Origin: an uncultured Chloroflexia bacterium
GTDB taxonomy: Bacteria > Chloroflexota > Limnocylindria > Limnocylindrales > CSP1-4
NCBI GenBank assembly: GCA_963712745.1
Contig: CAVQJC010000020.1
Coordinates: 576,001 to 640,000 of the forward strand
DNA length: 64,000 nt
Reading direction: 5' to 3'
Positions 58,554 through 64,000 of this stretch are shown here, piece by piece. Position 1 is the stretch's first letter; each line of letters starts with the position of its first letter. The position numbers and the translations under genes were made by a program. Below the pieces are notes generated by a model. That model ran no database searches. It saw only the letters and a list, made by a program, of their open reading frames with translations, and was not told where the DNA came from.

Positions 58554-59183
58554 TCAGCCCGGCGGCGGGGGCGTTGGCGGCGGTCCGCTGTACGACGACT
58601 GACCGAGCGGACTGGTGTAGCCCGCGTCGTCCGGGGGCGGACCGGGCAGCTGCTGGAACTCGCGCGGCGGCTGGTATTCGCTGGGACTCGGCTGGTAGTC
58701 CGGTGGCAGCTGGGTCGCTGGGATGTCGTAGGCGCCCGCCCCGGCCGGCGGGATCTCGTAGGCGTCGGACCCGGGGGGCGGGATCTCCGGCGGAGCCTCG
58801 TACTGGGGGTGTGGCAGGAAGTCCGGGCGCGACTCGATGGCCGGTGCGGGCTGAGGGGCGGAGAACGTCGGTTCGGGAGCCGGTGGCGGAGGCACGGCGA
58901 TTTCGGGCGGGGGCGGGACGGGTTCGGGCGGGGGCGGGGGCGCCGCCGGCTCCGCCGCGGCTGGAGGTGGCACCGGCTCCGGCGCAGGGGCCCGCGGTGG
59001 CTCGGGCGCGGGGGCCCGCGGCGGCGGTACAGGCTTCCCGGGAGGAACAGTTTCAGGCGCGCTTGCACCGGGCGGAAGGTCCGCGCTCGGCCAGGCGACA
59101 TCGCTCGGCGGCTTGGGCTTGGCCGACGCCCGCGCCAGGTCCTCGCTCGGCCACTCCAGATCAGGCCGCTGGTCGTCGGTCAT
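58554..59183 (-). CDS. Proline-rich ORF, probably the N-terminal extension of the acyltransferase (1-bp frameshift at about 58557)
   Basis: Adding one C restores a TPPPPGL repeat and a frame open to ATG 58488. Confidence 0.6.
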   Translation of the reverse strand: MTDDQRPDLEWPSEDLARASAKPKPPSDVAWPSADLPPGASAPETVPPGKPVPPPRAPAPEPPRAPAPEPVPPPAAAEPAAPPPPPEPVPPPPEIAVPPPPAPEPTFSAPQPAPAIESRPDFLPHPQYEAPPEIPPPGSDAYEIPPAGAGAYDIPATQLPPDYQPSPSEYQPPREFQQLPGPPPDDAGYTSPLGQSSYSGPPPTPPPPG

Positions 59184-59430
59184 CGAGCGGCTACGGCGGC
59201 TGGGCGGGGGCACAGTGAGACGTCACTGGGCAGGCAGTCCATACGGAGAAAGGCTCGGACAACAGCCGCTCGTTGGGAATGGGACGTTCGGTACAGTACT
59301 GCCGACACGATGCCCAGGCCGAGGGCGGCGCCCCGGGTCACGGGCGTCGTCAGCGGGCGCCATCGGTTGCCAGCGGGCGCCATGATGAGCGTGCAGATAC
59401 CCGCAGGGCGCGGGTCGGGACGCGCAGGAG

Positions 59431-60165
59431 ATGACGATGGCCGAGACACCCACCGACGCCGAACCGTTCAGCGGCTTCGAGCCCGACGCTCTGCAGTTCC
59501 TTGCGGACTTGGCGGCCAACAACGACCGCGACTGGTTCAAGCCGCGCAAGCCCGACTTCGAACGGCTCGTCAAGCGGCCCATGGAAGCGCTGTGCGTGGC
59601 CCTGGCCAAACGCTTCGACGACCTGCGCCTGCCTCTCGAGGCCGACCCGAGGCGCTCACCCTTCCGCATCTACCGGGATGTGCGCTTCTCCAAGGACAAG
59701 TCCCCCTACAAGACGGCCCAGGGTGCGGAGTTCCCCTGGATCGACTCCCGCGACGACATCGAGCGGCCGCACGGTGCGGTCGGGGGCTACTTCCACCTGG
59801 AGCCCGGGAACATCTTCGTGGGCGGCGGGATGTGGCACCCGGAGCGGGCGCGGTTGGCGGCCTTCCGCGAGAAACTCGACCGCGACCCCAGCGCCGTGTT
59901 CCGGGCCATCGAGGACGAACGCTTCAGCTCGGTGTTCGGCTCGGTCACCGGAGACTCGCTCTCGCGCAATCCGAAGGGCTTCCCGCCCGACCACCCTTAC
60001 AGCCACCTGCTCCGGTTCAAGGACGTGGTCTTCAGCCGCCCGATGTCAGACCGCGAGGTGTTCTCGGCCAAGCTGCCCGACATCATCGCCCACGATCTCG
60101 ACGCCGCCCGGCCGGTGCTGCTCTTCCTCGACAAGCTAGCCGGCGCGCCGGCACACCAGGAGTAG
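59431..60165 (+). CDS. DUF2461 (TIGR02453) family protein
   Basis: NNDRDWF, FRIYRDVRFSKDKSPYK and PKGFPPDHP. Confidence 0.92.
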   Translation: MTMAETPTDAEPFSGFEPDALQFLADLAANNDRDWFKPRKPDFERLVKRPMEALCVALAKRFDDLRLPLEADPRRSPFRIYRDVRFSKDKSPYKTAQGAEFPWIDSRDDIERPHGAVGGYFHLEPGNIFVGGGMWHPERARLAAFREKLDRDPSAVFRAIEDERFSSVFGSVTGDSLSRNPKGFPPDHPYSHLLRFKDVVFSRPMSDREVFSAKLPDIIAHDLDAARPVLLFLDKLAGAPAHQE

Positions 60166-60179
60166 GGGCCCGGCTACAG

Positions 60180-61742
60180 CTATCGCTCCGCGCTCAGCCT
60201 CCGCCCGGCGGCCAGCACGTCGTCGACGAGCATCTCCACGTGCTCGCGGTCGTTGCGCGGGTTGATGTAGCAGGCCCGGATGGCGAAGGCGCCGTCGACG
60301 TTGGTGCTCGAGGGCAGTGAGCGGCCTTCACGACGCAGCTCGGCGAGGATGTCCGCGTTGAGCTGATCAATCGCGGCCGCATCGTCCCAGCCGGCCGGCC
60401 GATAGCGGAAGCAGGCGATCGACAGCTGCGGCTCTGAGAGCAGCTCCAGCTCCTCCTCGGCACGGGCCCTGGACGCGACCATGCGGGCGAAGTCGTTGTG
60501 GCGGCGCACGCGCTCGCGCATCCCTTCCGCCCCGATCTCCTTGAGCACGGCCCACACGCTGATGCCGCGGGTGGGCGTGGAGAAGTCGACCCCCCAGTCC
60601 GGCGTGCCGTCACCCAGGGCACCCCACGGTGATTCGGCATCACCCACGGGGTCGGCCACCTGGTTGCGTTCGCGGTCGTAGGCGCCCGGCTCGATGGTGA
60701 AGGCGCGGCTCAGCAGTTCGCCATCGCGACAGATGGCCAAGCCGGTGCCGACCGGTGCGGCCAGCCACTTGTGCGGGTCCACCGCGAACGAGTCGTACAG
60801 CGCGCGGTCTCCGAAAGCCGGCTCCACCCGCTCATCGAGCATGCCCCAGCCTCCGTACGCACCGTCGACATGGAACCAGACGTCGTGCTCACGGGCTATC
60901 TCCGCCATCTGCGGCAGCAGGTCCACGATGCCGGTGTTCACGTCGCCGGCGTTGCCCACGATGGCGATGGGCGTGCGGCCGGCCGCGACATCCTCGCGAA
61001 TGAACGACTCCAGTTGACGCAGGTCCGCCCGGCGGCCCGGGTCAAGGCCTACCGATCGCAGATGCCGACGCCCCAGGCCGAGAACACCCATGGCCCGCGT
61101 GACCACGTGATGCGTTTCGGGGCTGGCGTAGACGCGTGGCTCGGGCAGAGCTCCGATGCCCTCGAGCGCAGCGTCGATGCCGAGCTTCTCCGCCGCATGC
61201 TGGCGGGCAGCACCGAGACCCACCAGGTTGGCCGTCGAGCCGCCGGAGGTGAAGGTGCCCACGAACGAGGCCGGGAACCCCAACAGCTCGATCAACCAGC
61301 GCACGGCCATGGTGTCGAGGTGGTTGCCAGGCTGCAGCCACCAGCGTTGCGGGCTGGCCACGGCTGAGGCGAGGTGTCCTGCGGCGGACGTGGTCGAGGG
61401 CGCGGTCGTGACCCAGGAGGTGAAGCCCGGGTGCCCCACGCGCAGACCGCGCGGGATGACCACCTCGCGCAGCAGCTCCAGCACCTTTTCGGCACCGGCG
61501 CCACGCTCGGGCAGCGGCTCGTCGAGCAGCGGCATCCACTCGGAGCGGATCGACGAGCGGTCCGGGCCCTCGAAGCGGTTGAAGGCCTCGAGCGCGGGCA
61601 GGATAGAGGTCACGGCCTCGTCCAGTCGGTCGGTCCGGGCCACGTCGGGTTGGCCGGCGGGGCGATCGGGTGCGAGGGGCTGGAAATGGTCGGGGTCGAC
61701 AGCCGGTCGGGCAGCCTGGAGGCGGTCAGATGTATCGGTCAT
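60180..61742 (-). CDS. PLP-dependent group II amino-acid decarboxylase
   Basis: TSGGSTAN, AGDVNTG, WFHVDGAYG, DPHKW and SIACFRY. Confidence 0.92.
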   Translation of the reverse strand: MTDTSDRLQAARPAVDPDHFQPLAPDRPAGQPDVARTDRLDEAVTSILPALEAFNRFEGPDRSSIRSEWMPLLDEPLPERGAGAEKVLELLREVVIPRGLRVGHPGFTSWVTTAPSTTSAAGHLASAVASPQRWWLQPGNHLDTMAVRWLIELLGFPASFVGTFTSGGSTANLVGLGAARQHAAEKLGIDAALEGIGALPEPRVYASPETHHVVTRAMGVLGLGRRHLRSVGLDPGRRADLRQLESFIREDVAAGRTPIAIVGNAGDVNTGIVDLLPQMAEIAREHDVWFHVDGAYGGWGMLDERVEPAFGDRALYDSFAVDPHKWLAAPVGTGLAICRDGELLSRAFTIEPGAYDRERNQVADPVGDAESPWGALGDGTPDWGVDFSTPTRGISVWAVLKEIGAEGMRERVRRHNDFARMVASRARAEEELELLSEPQLSIACFRYRPAGWDDAAAIDQLNADILAELRREGRSLPSSTNVDGAFAIRACYINPRNDREHVEMLVDDVLAAGRRLSAER

Positions 61743-61795
61743 GGCCCGGGGATTGTAGGCGTCGCCAGGCCGGGCGGACCGGGTAGGCTTGCTCG

Positions 61796-62975
61796 ATGGA
61801 AGAGACCGCCATCCCGATCCTCGAACTCGGGCTGGTGTTCCTGGCCGCGGCCGTGTTCGGGTTCATCGCCCGGCGTTTCGGGTTGCCCGCGGTCATCGGC
61901 TATCTGATGGTCGGCCTGGTCGCCTTCCAACTACTGCCGGAGGGAAGCAAGCCCGACCAGGAGCAGGTGCGCCTGCTGGCCGATGTGGGCGTGGTGCTCC
62001 TGCTTTTCGAGGTCGGCATCGAGCTCGACGTTGGCCGGCTCCGGCGCGAGCATCGATCCCTGCTCGCGGCCTCGCCCCTGCAGGTCGCTCACTACCACCA
62101 TCGCGGCAGGCGCGGTGCTGGCAGTGCTGGGGCAGCCGCTGGAGGTCGCGCTCGTGCTGGGCCTGTGCGTGGCCATGTCTTCGTCGGTGGTGGTCGTCAA
62201 CATCACCCGTTCGATCTCGCGGCGCACCAACAAGCCCACGGAGATGTCGCTGCTGGGCTGGAGCCTGCTGCAGGACCTGACCGGCGTCATCCTGGGCGCG
62301 TTCCTGCTGGCGATCTGGAACGCCGAGGAGCGGGACCCCATCGAGGCCCTGGTCGGCCTGGGCATCTTCTCGCTGCTCGCGGTGGTGGCCGCGCGGTTGT
62401 TCCCCGCTGTCCTGGGCCGACTGCGCGCGTTCCCCGACCTCTTCCTGCTCGTGTCGATCGCCAGCGGCCTCATCGGCGCGGGCATCGGCGCGGTCGTGTT
62501 CGGCATCCCGCTCGCCCTGGCGGCATTCGTGGCCGGCCTCGTCATCGCCGACAGCCCCATGGCTGGAGAGGCACGGCGGCGGTTGCTGCCCTTCCGCGAC
62601 GTCTTCGCGGTGCTCTTCTTCGTGTCGGTCGGCTCGCTGCTGGATCCGGACGCGCTCCTGGGCGGTCTCGGGTGGCTGTTTGCCTTCGTTGCCCTCATGA
62701 TCGTGGCCAAGACCGGCGTCATCTACGTCTTCTCCACCATCGGCGGGCTGGAGCGTCCGTCGCAGATCGCCACCGGCCTGAGCCAGCTCGGTGAGTTCTC
62801 CTTCGTGCTGGTGTCGGTGCTGTTCGCGGCCGGCGACGTCTCACCCGAGCTGTACGCGGGCCTGCTGGCGGCCATCACGGTGACCATCGGTGCTTCGGCC
62901 ATCGCGGTGCGCGCGCCGGTCGCCGGCTGGGTCCGCGGCGCCGACGAGCACCAGGAGGCCCCCTCCCCGACCTAG
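61796..62975 (+). CDS. Cation:proton antiporter (CPA2) without a TrkA domain; apparent frameshift near 62085
   Basis: LPAVIGYL, GVVLLLFEVGIE, LLQD, PFRDVFAVLFFVSVG and QLGEFSFV. Confidence 0.88.
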
Positions 62976-63028
62976 TCAGGTCGGTACTCATCAGCCGTAT
63001 GCGGCCGCGAGTCCGGCGTTCGGGGTTC

Positions 63029-63134
63029 GGGGCTGCTGGTCCGGGGTTGCCGGTCCGGGGCTCCTGGTCCGGGGTTGCCGGTCCGGGGCTGCCGGTCCGG
63101 GGCTGCCGGTCCGGGGCTGCTGGTCCGGGGTTGC
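63029..63134. repeat. Tandem repeat, 15-bp unit, about 7 copies
   Basis: GGGG(C/T)TGC(C/T)GGTCC repeated. Confidence 0.92.
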
Positions 63135-63290
63135 TCACCGGGCGAGCGATCTCGACGAGCCTGCGGCCCAGCTCGCCGATTCTGCTCGTCGAGGGAGCAG
63201 TGCTGACAGTCCTGCTCGTGGGATGAGCGGGGCGTGCGATCCCGGCTGCGAGGTGGTCAAGATCGCTCCCGGGGTGAGCAGCACCGTACG

Positions 63291-63387
63291 GCGGAGCGCT
63301 GCACCCACACAGCGGAGTGCTGCACCCATACGGCGGAGCGCTGCACCCATACGGCGGAGCGCAGCACCGTCCAGCGGAGCGCTGCAC
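63291..63387. repeat. Tandem repeat, 21-bp unit, about 4.5 copies
   Basis: GCGGAG(C/T)GC recurs at 63291, 63312, 63333, 63354 and 63374. Confidence 0.9.
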
Positions 63388-63431
63388 TGATAGGGCACAC
63401 CGCCAACGGATCGACTCAGAACCGCATCGAC

Positions 63432-63818
63432 CTAGAAGAGGATAAGCACCGTGGCCGAGACGATGGCGCCGATGAGCCCGAAGGCCATGGGGTAGACGTA
63501 GGGACGACGCTCGGGGGCGGCCAGCGCCCAGCCGAGGCTGTTGGCCGAGGTGTACATCAGCGCACCCATCGCGAGGAGCATGATGGGCTCCGCGAGCGCG
63601 GCACCTGCGAGCACGAGGAAGGCGCCGGCCACCAGCAGGAAGGCAGTCCCGAACTCGGCTGCCCAGTGCCAGATCATGAGGTCGTCCGAGTCGGCCTCGC
63701 GGGCCCGCAACAGGCCGTGGGGCGCATCGAAGCCATGGCCGCTCATGATGTCCCGTGCCCAGATGCCGGCCATGGCCGCGCCGATGACACCGGCAAAGAG
63801 CGCGATCAGGATGTCCAT
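63432..63818 (-). CDS. Hypothetical 4-TM membrane protein
   Basis: Four hydrophobic helices, a HWAAE motif and a GGGAGG RBS. Confidence 0.75.
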   Translation of the reverse strand: MDILIALFAGVIGAAMAGIWARDIMSGHGFDAPHGLLRAREADSDDLMIWHWAAEFGTAFLLVAGAFLVLAGAALAEPIMLLAMGALMYTSANSLGWALAAPERRPYVYPMAFGLIGAIVSATVLILF

Positions 63819-64000
63819 GCTTCTCGCCTCCCTCGTGAGGGCATCGTACGAGGCGCGCGTCCTCCTGTCATCGCCGCCACTGGCAGGGTTCCCCCCTAGC
63901 CGCGTGGTGACGCGGCCAGTTGCCAGCTTGGGGGGATGCCAAGGTCCTCGACTGGATGTACAGCGACCGATGCGAAGGCGGGGGCTGGCCCCGCTGAGCA

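Noticed and set aside
62890-63398. ORFs spanning the 15-bp and 21-bp arrays
   Set aside because: In-frame repeat units keep the frames open, but there is no RBS, no domain and conflicting overlaps

Overview
High-GC bacterial chromosomal window. The gene content and leaderless promoters suggest Chloroflexota or an actinobacterium-like lineage; this is inference only. About 50 genes are supported. 0-15 kb: housekeeping and metabolic genes (hydA 3' part, MFS, HAD, mmsA, mdh, lgt, VIT1). 15-20 kb: sufB-sufD-DUF4203-Rieske-DUF4203 with a candidate Rrf2-type operator. 20-31 kb: a co-oriented minus-strand block of four tandem GT87 glycosyltransferases, a membrane-anchored aspartyl protease and TadE/TadE/TadG genes, ending in a tiny Flp-like ORF. 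32.7-35 kb: SRAP and hipBA. 37-49 kb: a surface-polysaccharide locus whose priming glycosyltransferase carries a tandemly duplicated catalytic domain; the locus is followed by a DUF1778/GNAT toxin-antitoxin pair. 50-64 kb: O-antigen-ligase/TPR, macrodomain, disulfide oxidoreductase, CAP, acyltransferase-SGNH, decarboxylase and antiporter genes. About ten unrelated intergenic tandem arrays (15-102 bp units) are present, several anchored on start or stop codons. Many single-base frameshifts after 32 kb look like sequencing errors. No CRISPR array, complete tRNA/rRNA, transposase or integrase was seen. All product calls rest on motif recognition by eye, with no database searches.
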